Assembly: GCA_042569365.1 (NCBI GenBank)
Contig: JBHPHK010000001.1
Span: 21,082 to 85,081, forward strand
Length of the DNA stretch: 64,000 nucleotides
Source of the DNA: Patescibacteria group bacterium
GTDB lineage: Bacteria > Patescibacteriota > JAUYIX01 > JBHPHK01
Direction: 5' to 3'
Part shown: in pieces, positions 55,354 through 63,214 of the stretch
Layout of the letters: each line of letters opens with the position of its first letter
Numbering within the stretch: position 1 is the first letter of the stretch
The notes under the pieces: model-generated
What the model saw: only the letters and a program-made list of their open reading frames with translations
The model's database searches: none
Told to the model about the DNA's origin: nothing
Translations under genes and position numbers: made by a program

Positions 55354-55996
55354 AACTTTAAGAGATAAATTAATTGTTCTAACCAGAAAAAGACTTCAAG
55401 AAAATGATCCCTCTCACGATATTGGTCATGTGCTAAGGGTGCTTGCAATAGCGGAAAAAATTGCACTTCGAGAAAAAGCTGATCTAGATATTGTAGTTCC
55501 TGCTGCTATTTTTCATGACATCATTTGTTATCCAAAAAATCATAAGAAAAGACTTGATAGTTCGAAAGAAAGCGCCGCTTATGCCAAAAAAGTACTGAGA
55601 CAATTAAAAGAGTATCGACAAAGAAAAATAAAAAAAACTTGTGAAGCAATAGAATGCTGTTCTTTTTCTAAGAACCAAAAACCCGCAACGTTAGAGGCAA
55701 AAGTATTACATGACGCTGATAGTCTAGAGGCAGTGGGAGCAATTGCTATCATGAGAACTTTTTCTTCTTCTGGAAATATGAATAGACCTTTTTACAATGA
55801 AGCAGATCCATTTTGTGAAAACAGGAGTCCAGATGATAGTAAATATGCAGTGGATCTTTTCTATACCAGGCTCTTAGTTATCAAAGATAGATTATACACG
55901 CTAACAGCGAAAAATATGGTAAAACAACGACATCAATTTTTAAAAGACTTTTTAGTAGAGCTAAAATATGAATTAGCTGAAAATCAAAATGAATAA
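55346..55996 (+). CDS. HD-domain metal-dependent phosphohydrolase
   Basis: The His...His-Asp...Asp pattern appears as HDIGHVLRV, AAIFHDI and LHDADSLEA. The start overlaps the upstream stop by 8 nt (ATGGATAA). Confidence 0.8.
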   Translation: MDKTLRDKLIVLTRKRLQENDPSHDIGHVLRVLAIAEKIALREKADLDIVVPAAIFHDIICYPKNHKKRLDSSKESAAYAKKVLRQLKEYRQRKIKKTCEAIECCSFSKNQKPATLEAKVLHDADSLEAVGAIAIMRTFSSSGNMNRPFYNEADPFCENRSPDDSKYAVDLFYTRLLVIKDRLYTLTAKNMVKQRHQFLKDFLVELKYELAENQNE

Positions 55997-56762
55997 TGAT
56001 AAAGAAAGAATTATTGAGCATGAAAACGCTAGATGGAGCAAGATTTTTCAAGATGAGCTACAAAAGAATACTAAGAAAGACTTTTCTTCATATTGGTGGG
56101 AGAATTATTATATTGACCTAACTGGATATGTCAATAAGAAGATGCTTGAAAATGGATATACAACAATTTTGGAGGCTGGCAGCGGGTCTGGCAAGACAAC
56201 AATTTTAACAGATAATAGATTTCATAAAACTTTGTTAGACATTTCTCCTACAGCTTTACGCTATGCAAAATATTTAGCTAACAAATTTGATAAAAAAGAT
56301 GTTATATTTGTAGGTGGAGATATGTTTCATATGCCATTTAATGATAATGAATTTAATTTAGTATGGAATATCGGGACAGTCGAACATTATGAGGCGAATG
56401 ATATAGAACTTGCTATTCGGGAAATGATTAGAGTATGCACTAAAGACGGAATTGTAGCAGTCGGAATACCAAATCGATTTTCAGGTCCAATACTAAAAGC
56501 CTGGTTATTAAAAAAGATAAAACTCATCCCCGGATATAAATTGGACACAGAATACTTTTACAGTGCCACTGAAATTCAAAAAATATTTGACAGAGCTATC
56601 AGTATTTCAAATAAAAAAGTTGAATATATAGAAGTAAAATATTTCGGTAATCCATTAATTATAGAAACTCCAAAAATAATACTAAAGACAATAGGAAGAT
56701 TAGTTGAACACATTTTCCCCAAAAGTAAGTTTTTAATTTTGGTAGCCTGTAAATTAAAATAA
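55989..56762 (+). CDS. Class I SAM-dependent methyltransferase
   Basis: Motif I is ILEAGSGSGKTT, followed by LLDISP and VGGDMFHMPF. The start overlaps the upstream stop by 8 nt (ATGAATAA). Confidence 0.8.
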   Translation: MNNDKERIIEHENARWSKIFQDELQKNTKKDFSSYWWENYYIDLTGYVNKKMLENGYTTILEAGSGSGKTTILTDNRFHKTLLDISPTALRYAKYLANKFDKKDVIFVGGDMFHMPFNDNEFNLVWNIGTVEHYEANDIELAIREMIRVCTKDGIVAVGIPNRFSGPILKAWLLKKIKLIPGYKLDTEYFYSATEIQKIFDRAISISNKKVEYIEVKYFGNPLIIETPKIILKTIGRLVEHIFPKSKFLILVACKLK

Positions 56763-56763
56763 T

Positions 56764-57900
56764 ATGTCAGAAATACAAAATCCAAATTTTGAAAAAGACG
56801 TACAAGACTTAGAAAAAGAGTCGAAAAAGAATATTTATGGAAATGAAAAACTTCTTCCAGAAGAAGCGCGTGAGCGAGTTGATAGTTTAATTAAGGGGTT
56901 TAAGGAATATTATATTGACAAGGGTTATGTCGAAGAGCCGTCAGTAAAAATAAGCTCTGGATACGACCCAACCGTGCGATTTATCGGATCTCATATTAGT
57001 GTATTCAAGCCTTATCTTAATGAAAGAAAGGTCCCAGACCCAGGCTTATGTATGCACCAAGATTGTCTCAGGACACATAATGTAGATCGATTATTGGACG
57101 ATGAATATCAGTCTCAGTGGGGCTCATATTTTCCGAGTATCGGCACATTAGCTTCTCCGGAGAGACTGAACGAAGCAGTTGGTGAGGTTTTTGAATTATT
57201 AGAAGAACAGATAAAAATATCATCAGAAAACATATTAGTTCGCATTAGTTCTGCGGATTCAGATTTGTTAGAGGCATGTAGACAGAACTGTTCAGAAGAT
57301 AGTTTAGAAATCGATAGCAGGGCACCTTATTATTACAGGCATGAAATAGGGATTAAAGAAATACAAGGCAGAAGTTTTAATATTGCCCTAAAAGATCCTG
57401 AAGGAGATGATTATTCTGATATAGGCAATATTATTCTTCTGGAAAGTAATAAGGAGACGCTTGGTATAGAAACAGCATTAGGGGTGACTACAATTTTAAA
57501 ACAGCTACATGGATTAGATCATGTTCAGGACTGCAATCCTGTAAGTGAGTTAAATGGCGTAGAAAACGAGATTATTAGGAGGAAGTTTGAGGATGCAATA
57601 ATAACAGGAACAGTGCTTTATGGTGAGGGTCTTCGCCCATTTGGACAACACAATCGTAACAGAATTCTTAAGAAATATATGAGAGCCTTAAGTTATTTTC
57701 GCGCCAGGTCAGGATTAGATGTTGAAAATATTAGACAAGGCATCAAGGGTTTTGAGGATAGAGAACATTTAGGTAAAACAGGTGGTGTCGCGGAGGCTAT
57801 GGTAGAATATATTAAGGCTTACGAGAGAGATCTCTTAATAAATAAAGTTTTAACAAAAGATGAAAATAAAATCAGAGAAGCACTACAACAATTAACCTAA
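56764..57900 (+). CDS. Stand-alone, divergent alanyl-tRNA-synthetase-like catalytic domain (class IIc aaRS paralog)
   Basis: The 378-aa product is collinear with the AlaRS aminoacylation domain. Matches are DPTVRFIGSHIS (cf DPTLLFTNAGM), HQDCLR (cf SQRCVR), GNIILLE (cf WNIVFMQ), IETALGVTTILKQL (cf VDTGMGLERIAAVL) and GLRPFGQHNRNRILKKYMRAL (cf [20 protein letters not shown]). No tRNA-recognition, editing or C-Ala domains are present. Confidence 0.7.
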   Translation: MSEIQNPNFEKDVQDLEKESKKNIYGNEKLLPEEARERVDSLIKGFKEYYIDKGYVEEPSVKISSGYDPTVRFIGSHISVFKPYLNERKVPDPGLCMHQDCLRTHNVDRLLDDEYQSQWGSYFPSIGTLASPERLNEAVGEVFELLEEQIKISSENILVRISSADSDLLEACRQNCSEDSLEIDSRAPYYYRHEIGIKEIQGRSFNIALKDPEGDDYSDIGNIILLESNKETLGIETALGVTTILKQLHGLDHVQDCNPVSELNGVENEIIRRKFEDAIITGTVLYGEGLRPFGQHNRNRILKKYMRALSYFRARSGLDVENIRQGIKGFEDREHLGKTGGVAEAMVEYIKAYERDLLINKVLTKDENKIREALQQLT

Positions 57901-57901
57901 A

Positions 57902-58906
57902 TTGAGTATGTTGGAAATTAAAAATCTTATTAAGCCCAAAAAAATTAAAAAAGGCGCCCATTTGAGAATTATTGCTCCTTCAAGAAGCATCAAGATACTT
58001 TCTGATGAAAGTAGGCAAGAGGCAACTAAAAAATTGGAAGATCATGGATTCAGGATATCCTTCGGAGAACATGTAGAAGAGAATGATGAATTTAATTCAT
58101 CTGCGGTAAGGTCAAGAGTTGAAGACTTGCATAATGCATTTTCTGATCCAGACGTTGATGCAATTTTAACAGTAATAGGAGGATATAATTCAAATCAATT
58201 GTTGCAATATTTAGATTACGATCTTATTGCTCAGAATCCAAAAATAGTTTGTGGATTTTCTGATGTGACAGCATTTGCCAACGCGATTACAGCAAAAACA
58301 GGAATGATTACTTACGTCGGCCCCCATTATTCTAGCTGGGCAATGAAGTATGGCTTTGATTATTCCCAGCAGTATTTCGAAAAATGTTGCATGAAGAACA
58401 ATGCTTATGATCTGTTTTCATCTAAGGAATGGAGTGATGATCCTTGGTACATTGACCAAGAAAAGAGGGACTTTATCAAAAATGAAGGATATTGGATTAT
58501 GAATGCAGGTCATGCACTTGGACGTGTTGTAGGAGGTCATGTGCGGTGCTTAAATTCTTTGCAAGGAACTGAGTTTTGGCCACTACTAGATGACTCGATC
58601 TTACTTCTTGAGGAGGATGCTGAAATTAATCCGCCGCTTTTTGATCGTCAATTACAATCATTAATCCAGCAACCAGATTTTAAGGGAGTTCAAGGAATAT
58701 TAATAGGTCGATTTCAAAAGGCAACAGGAATGACTCGAGAATTATTGAGTAAGATTATTGAGACAAAAAAGGAATTACAGGAAATACCAATTGTTGCAAA
58801 TGTCGATATTGGACATACTACACCAATTGCCACATTCCCAATCGGGGGAAGCATGGAAGTATCTGCGACAACTCAAAATGCAGAGATAAGAATAATTGAA
58901 CATTAA
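57902..58906 (+). CDS. Peptidase S66 family serine hydrolase (MccF / LD-carboxypeptidase family)
   Basis: The nucleophile elbow is VCGFSDVTAF, the acid is LLLEEDAE and the His is VDIGHTTP. The N-terminus is LRIIAPSRS. Length is 334 aa from TTG 57902 (ATG alternative at 57908). An aromatic-rich insertion (PHYSSWAMKYGFDYSQQYFEKCC) follows the nucleophile. Confidence 0.85.
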   Translation: MSMLEIKNLIKPKKIKKGAHLRIIAPSRSIKILSDESRQEATKKLEDHGFRISFGEHVEENDEFNSSAVRSRVEDLHNAFSDPDVDAILTVIGGYNSNQLLQYLDYDLIAQNPKIVCGFSDVTAFANAITAKTGMITYVGPHYSSWAMKYGFDYSQQYFEKCCMKNNAYDLFSSKEWSDDPWYIDQEKRDFIKNEGYWIMNAGHALGRVVGGHVRCLNSLQGTEFWPLLDDSILLLEEDAEINPPLFDRQLQSLIQQPDFKGVQGILIGRFQKATGMTRELLSKIIETKKELQEIPIVANVDIGHTTPIATFPIGGSMEVSATTQNAEIRIIEH

Positions 58907-58909
58907 GAC

Positions 58910-60025
58910 ATGATTCCAGCGCATTTAAGAAATAGAATTAAACATGATGATTTGTTATTCAAGAAAAGTAATGAATCATTATTTGACTTAGCAAAATATA
59001 ATCCCGCTGAATATTATAAAGAGTTGACCAGAAGTGATTATTATCGAGCGCTTGTAACATTGCGACATTATATTAAGTTATTTTCTGACTATTATTTTAG
59101 TTTTGTGGTTGGCGCAAAAAACATTGATCTATTTATGTTGACGCCCAGCATATCGTCTCCTATGGGACCTGGGTCAGATTCAAAACCTATACCTATTAAG
59201 TTTGGAAAATTTAAATATTTGGTTGATTCTTCTCAGTTTGGATTTGAGCCTTTGCTTCTGAATGACATTAATAAGGTGTATTGCTATCTTCCTTCAATGC
59301 GTGGCGAAGATCCAGACGAAAGGCATATTAATCAATTTTTTCATTGTGAAACGGAAATAGTTGGCAATGTAGAAGAAGTTATGGTAATAGCTGAAGAATA
59401 TGTGAAATACTTGTCGCATGCACTTGTTATGATGCCAAATATATCAAGGGGGATCAGTCTTAATTATAAGAAGAGCTTAAATTGTTTAAAAAACATTATG
59501 AAGACTGAAAAGTTTCCGAGAATCACTTTTAATGAAGCCGTGGAAGTTCTTGAGAAAAATGGCTATAAAAACATGATTAAGTATACCTCGACTAGTCGGG
59601 ATATTACCTCTGTAGGGGAATATAAACTGACAGAGATATTAGAAATTAATACTCCTCTCTGGATAACTAATTATGATAGAGATCGCGTTCCTTTCTACCA
59701 AAAACCAGATCCGGACAATCTAGATAAGACATTGAGCGCAGATCTGGTTTTCCCGCCACTTACAAAAGATTCTATAGGAGGAGAAGTTATTGGTTGTGGA
59801 CAGAGACAAAACAATGTCAAGGAAATGAGAGAGTCTTTACGAAGGCAAAAAATCAATTCTAAGCCATATGAGTGGTATATAGAGCTTAGAAAGCATCCAG
59901 AATATCAGACAACTTCTGGCTTCGGACTAGGTATAGAAAGATTTATTGCCTGGGGATTATGTCGCCATGATATTAAAGATGTGACACTATATCCCAGATT
60001 AAAAAATATGAGGTCATATCCCTAA
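58910..60025 (+). CDS. AsnRS/AspRS-like class IIb catalytic core without an anticodon-binding domain (AsnA-like ligase paralog)
   Basis: Motif 2 is SMRGEDPDERHINQFFHCETEI (cf FRAE...RHLAEFWMLEPE). DLVFPPL...GGEVIGCGQRQ is present. Motif 3 is SGFGLGIERFIAWGL...DVTLYPR. The product is 371 aa and has no N-terminal OB fold. Confidence 0.8.
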   Translation: MIPAHLRNRIKHDDLLFKKSNESLFDLAKYNPAEYYKELTRSDYYRALVTLRHYIKLFSDYYFSFVVGAKNIDLFMLTPSISSPMGPGSDSKPIPIKFGKFKYLVDSSQFGFEPLLLNDINKVYCYLPSMRGEDPDERHINQFFHCETEIVGNVEEVMVIAEEYVKYLSHALVMMPNISRGISLNYKKSLNCLKNIMKTEKFPRITFNEAVEVLEKNGYKNMIKYTSTSRDITSVGEYKLTEILEINTPLWITNYDRDRVPFYQKPDPDNLDKTLSADLVFPPLTKDSIGGEVIGCGQRQNNVKEMRESLRRQKINSKPYEWYIELRKHPEYQTTSGFGLGIERFIAWGLCRHDIKDVTLYPRLKNMRSYP

Positions 60026-60082
60026 AAGTTTAGGGAGATATAATAGTTTTAGTTATTGAATGTCATCATATATAATGAGTAC

Positions 60083-60955
60083 ATGTCCGTAATCGAAGTC
60101 CAAAACCTCAAGAAATACTTCGGCAAAAACAAAGCCGTCAACGACATTTCCTTTAATATCGAAAAAGGAGAGATTTTTGGTTTCTTGGGTCCCAACGGAG
60201 CGGGAAAAACAACTACAATCCGCTGCATGATGGACTTCATTAGAGCAACAGACGGACATATCAAGATTCTTGGTAAAGATGCGCATAAGGAGACAGATAA
60301 ATTGATGCGCAGTATTGGTTATCTTTCCGGGATTGTTCATCTGTACGACAAGTGGACCGGACAGACACACTTTAACTACATGCAGAAATTAAACGGCGAC
60401 AAAAACATCGCCAAAGAACTTTCTGATCGATTAGAGTTTGATCCAACGGTTCGCACTAAGAAGCTCTCATCTGGCAATAGACAGAAACTTGGAATTATCT
60501 TGTCACTGATGCATCAGCCGGAAGTCTTGATTTACGATGAGCCGACGAATGCTCTTGACCCACTTCTCCAAAATGAAGTCTATAAACTTCTTGAAGAAGC
60601 ACAAGGTCGCGGAGCAACCATCTTTATGTCCTCACACAACTTACATGAGGTCGAGCGTGTTTGTAGCCGAGTGGGCATTATCAAAAAAGGAAGAATGGTA
60701 GCAACTGAAAGCATTGAGAGTCTGCGCGAAAAGCGTCTCTACGAAGTGAGAGTGTTTTTCAAAAATAAAGTCATCCAGGATCAAGTTATTGCACCTGGCA
60801 TCGAGATCGTTAAAGAGCTAGACCAGGGCTTTGTCATGACAGTCAAAGGTGATGTGAATATTCTTCTGGATAGACTTGAGCCACTCGATATAGACGACCT
60901 TGAAATTTCCTACGGAAGCCTTGAGGATATATTCTTGGAATACTATCAGCACTAA
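60083..60955 (+). CDS. ABC transporter ATP-binding protein (ABC-2 exporter type)
   Basis: I prefer the start at ATG 60083 (MSVIEVQNLKKYFG). Walker A is GPNGAGKTT, the signature is LSSGNRQK and Walker B is LIYDEPTNALD. Confidence 0.9.
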   Translation: MSVIEVQNLKKYFGKNKAVNDISFNIEKGEIFGFLGPNGAGKTTTIRCMMDFIRATDGHIKILGKDAHKETDKLMRSIGYLSGIVHLYDKWTGQTHFNYMQKLNGDKNIAKELSDRLEFDPTVRTKKLSSGNRQKLGIILSLMHQPEVLIYDEPTNALDPLLQNEVYKLLEEAQGRGATIFMSSHNLHEVERVCSRVGIIKKGRMVATESIESLREKRLYEVRVFFKNKVIQDQVIAPGIEIVKELDQGFVMTVKGDVNILLDRLEPLDIDDLEISYGSLEDIFLEYYQH

Positions 60956-60956
60956 T

Positions 60957-61760
60957 ATGTTCACAATTTTCTGGCGCACAATTAAAGATCGCAAAACCTC
61001 CCTTATCGTATATTGTCTGGGAGCGGTATTGGTCGTTTGGATGTTTATTGCGATGTTCCCAACCATTCAGGAACAGTCCGAAAACTTCGCGAAGCTCGCT
61101 GAAAGTTATCCGGAGGGTTTCATGGCCGCTTTTGGAATCGAGCAAATGAGCTTTGATACGATTGAAAGTTTCCTCTCGCTCGAGCACTACAGCATCCTCT
61201 TCCCGATTATGATCATTTTCTTACTGCTTGGTCTAGCGGGAGCAGCGATAGCCAGAGAAGTCGAGAAGGGAACCATAGAAAATCTTCTCTCCAAACCAAT
61301 CTCACGCACAAAAGTTTTCTTCGGAAAATATCTGGCCGGCATATTCGCACTTGTACTCTTCATAATCTTTGGAGTATTCTCAACAGCTCTCCTGTGTGAG
61401 ATCTCCGGCATTGAATATGTTCTCAAAGCACATGCGCTTGTAGGCGCCCTGAGCTTTTTCTTCGGATGGGCGGTCTTGAGTATCTCTTTTATGTTCTCTA
61501 CTATCTTTTCAGAACGAAACAAGACACACATGGCTTCAGGAATGATTCTCCTTGGAATGTATCTTGCTAATGTGGCAGCATCTTTACTAGATAAGATTTC
61601 TGATCTAAAATATATATCCCTGTTCTATTACTTTGATTACAACACTGCATTGCTCGATTCACAATTAGAGCTTTTGCCAATCATTGTCCTTGGAGGGGTT
61701 GCGATCATATGTACCGCTATCGGAGTAGTCTGGTTTAATAAACGCGATATCGCAGTTTAA
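60957..61760 (+). CDS. ABC-2 family transporter permease
   Basis: I prefer the start at ATG 60957, 1 nt after the ATPase stop (MFTIFWRTIKDRK). There are six predicted TM segments. Confidence 0.75.
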   Translation: MFTIFWRTIKDRKTSLIVYCLGAVLVVWMFIAMFPTIQEQSENFAKLAESYPEGFMAAFGIEQMSFDTIESFLSLEHYSILFPIMIIFLLLGLAGAAIAREVEKGTIENLLSKPISRTKVFFGKYLAGIFALVLFIIFGVFSTALLCEISGIEYVLKAHALVGALSFFFGWAVLSISFMFSTIFSERNKTHMASGMILLGMYLANVAASLLDKISDLKYISLFYYFDYNTALLDSQLELLPIIVLGGVAIICTAIGVVWFNKRDIAV

Positions 61761-61771
61761 CTAAATAAAAA

Positions 61772-61987
61772 ATGACAGCATTAATTACCATCGGCTTTAT
61801 TTTGGCTATCATCAACCCTGTTATCGGGGGAGTCCTGGTGGGATATATAGTTTGGCTGAAAGATCCAAACATTGGATTCCAGATCATTTTGCTTGCACTT
61901 ACAATGATGCAGCTGCTGATCATAGTTGGTTTTGTCTATCTCACAAAAAAAATTAAAAAACTCGAAAAGCAAATCAAAGAACAGTAA
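61772..61987 (+). CDS. Small two-TM membrane protein
   Basis: The product is 71 aa, with two hydrophobic helices and a Lys-rich tail. It lies 11 nt after the permease. Confidence 0.45.
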   Translation: MTALITIGFILAIINPVIGGVLVGYIVWLKDPNIGFQIILLALTMMQLLIIVGFVYLTKKIKKLEKQIKEQ

Positions 61988-62013
61988 CTCTTAGCAAATA
62001 ATTTTTTAACATC

Positions 62014-62424
62014 ATGTTGAATCAAAAATACCCTGAACGTTGGTTCAGACACCTTATTAGTTTGCCCTTCATATTAATGATGATCATTCCTATAATCATC
62101 TTAGATGTCTGGACGGAAATCTATCATCGCATATGTTTTCCTTTATATGGAATTCCTTTCGTGTCCCGTAAAAAATATATCAAGATCGATCGTCATAAAC
62201 TTTCATATTTGACTTGGTATCAGAAGATTGGTTGTGCATATTGTGGCTATGCCAATGGAGGAGTAGCCTATATCAAAGAAATTGCTGGACGAACAGAAGC
62301 GTATTGGTGCGGCATTAAGCACAAGAAAGATCGCGAGAATTATTGCGAGCCAGAGCATCACGCAACGTTCGTAGAGTACAACAATATGGAAGAGCACAAA
62401 GCAAAATACAGCCCCGAGAAATAA
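62014..62424 (+). CDS. Membrane protein with a Cys/His-rich C-terminal domain, function unknown
   Basis: The product is 136 aa, with a TM region (LISLPFILMMIIPIIILDVW) followed by GCAYCGYANG...YWCGIKH...CEPEHH. Confidence 0.5.
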   Translation: MLNQKYPERWFRHLISLPFILMMIIPIIILDVWTEIYHRICFPLYGIPFVSRKKYIKIDRHKLSYLTWYQKIGCAYCGYANGGVAYIKEIAGRTEAYWCGIKHKKDRENYCEPEHHATFVEYNNMEEHKAKYSPEK

Positions 62425-62440
62425 ATGCTATTATTTAGAT

Positions 62441-63181
62441 ATGGATAAGTCCGAAATAATTGAAATTTACGACTTGCCTACTGTCGATAATGTGTGCAAC
62501 CAAATCTTACGTGAAGTGATTTCACTTCCGAAGGTAAGTATGGCGCACGTTATAATGAATCCGAAGAATGTTTCTTTGTGGCACCGGCATTCTCGCATGA
62601 GCGAAGTATATTTTATCTTGTCTGGAGAGGGAGTATTGTATTACGGAGACAGGGCGCTTAAAGTAAAGAAAGGTGCCCATCTTGTTTTGCCTCCAAAGAC
62701 ACCACATAAACTGAAGAATACGGGTAAAAAGGATTTGGTGCATCTGGTTTTTGCAGTTCCGCCATTTGATTCGGAAGACGTTGAGTTATTAAAAGAAAGT
62801 TCTCAGACAAACAAATCACAAATCAAAACATTCAAACAAGATCAAGCACCGATAATGGCACAGGACGGAGCTGAGATTTATGAATTAATTTCTAACAAAG
62901 AAAGAAAAGCGCTAGATGTGGCTCTGGCAGTTGGATTATTGCCACCGAACAGAAAGGCTGTTTCGCATCTACATAAAGTCAGTGAAGAAGTTTATTATAT
63001 AATTTCAGGTAAGGGAAAGATCAAAGTTGGCAACATAGATTATAAAGTCAGGGCAGATTCAGTGGTACATGTTCCTATTAATGCAGTTCATGCTTTGGAG
63101 AATGAAAGTGGTTCTGAAGATCTTGAAGTTTTGTGTCTTTCTTCACCCGCATATAGCGATGAGGATTTTATTTTAAAATAA
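62441..63181 (+). CDS. Bicupin protein (two cupin_2-type domains)
   Basis: Two cupin barrels are present: WHRHSRMSEVYFILSGEGVLYYG...PPKTPHKLKNTG and SHLHKVSEEVYYIISGKGKIKVG...VPINAVHALENES. Confidence 0.8.
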   Translation: MDKSEIIEIYDLPTVDNVCNQILREVISLPKVSMAHVIMNPKNVSLWHRHSRMSEVYFILSGEGVLYYGDRALKVKKGAHLVLPPKTPHKLKNTGKKDLVHLVFAVPPFDSEDVELLKESSQTNKSQIKTFKQDQAPIMAQDGAEIYELISNKERKALDVALAVGLLPPNRKAVSHLHKVSEEVYYIISGKGKIKVGNIDYKVRADSVVHVPINAVHALENESGSEDLEVLCLSSPAYSDEDFILK

Positions 63182-63214
63182 AACAATTTAGAAAATAAAT
63201 GGTAATATCTAGGT

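Noticed and set aside
53270-60083. I searched for microcin-C hallmarks: a tiny precursor ORF ending in Asn, and an MccB/ThiF-like adenylyltransferase.
   Set aside because: None was found. The only mini-ORFs (for example ATG at 60060, 10 codons; ATG at 53273, 12 codons) lack an RBS and do not end in Asn. The cluster is therefore not a classical mcc operon.
60900-60956. The extended start of the ABC-2 permease ORF, overlapping the ATPase by 56 nt. The 60056 start of the ATPase is a similar case.
   Set aside because: Internal ATGs at 60957 and 60083 give canonical N-termini (MFTIFWRTIKDRK; MSVIEVQNLKKYFG) and tight coupling. The upstream codons translate to atypical sequence.
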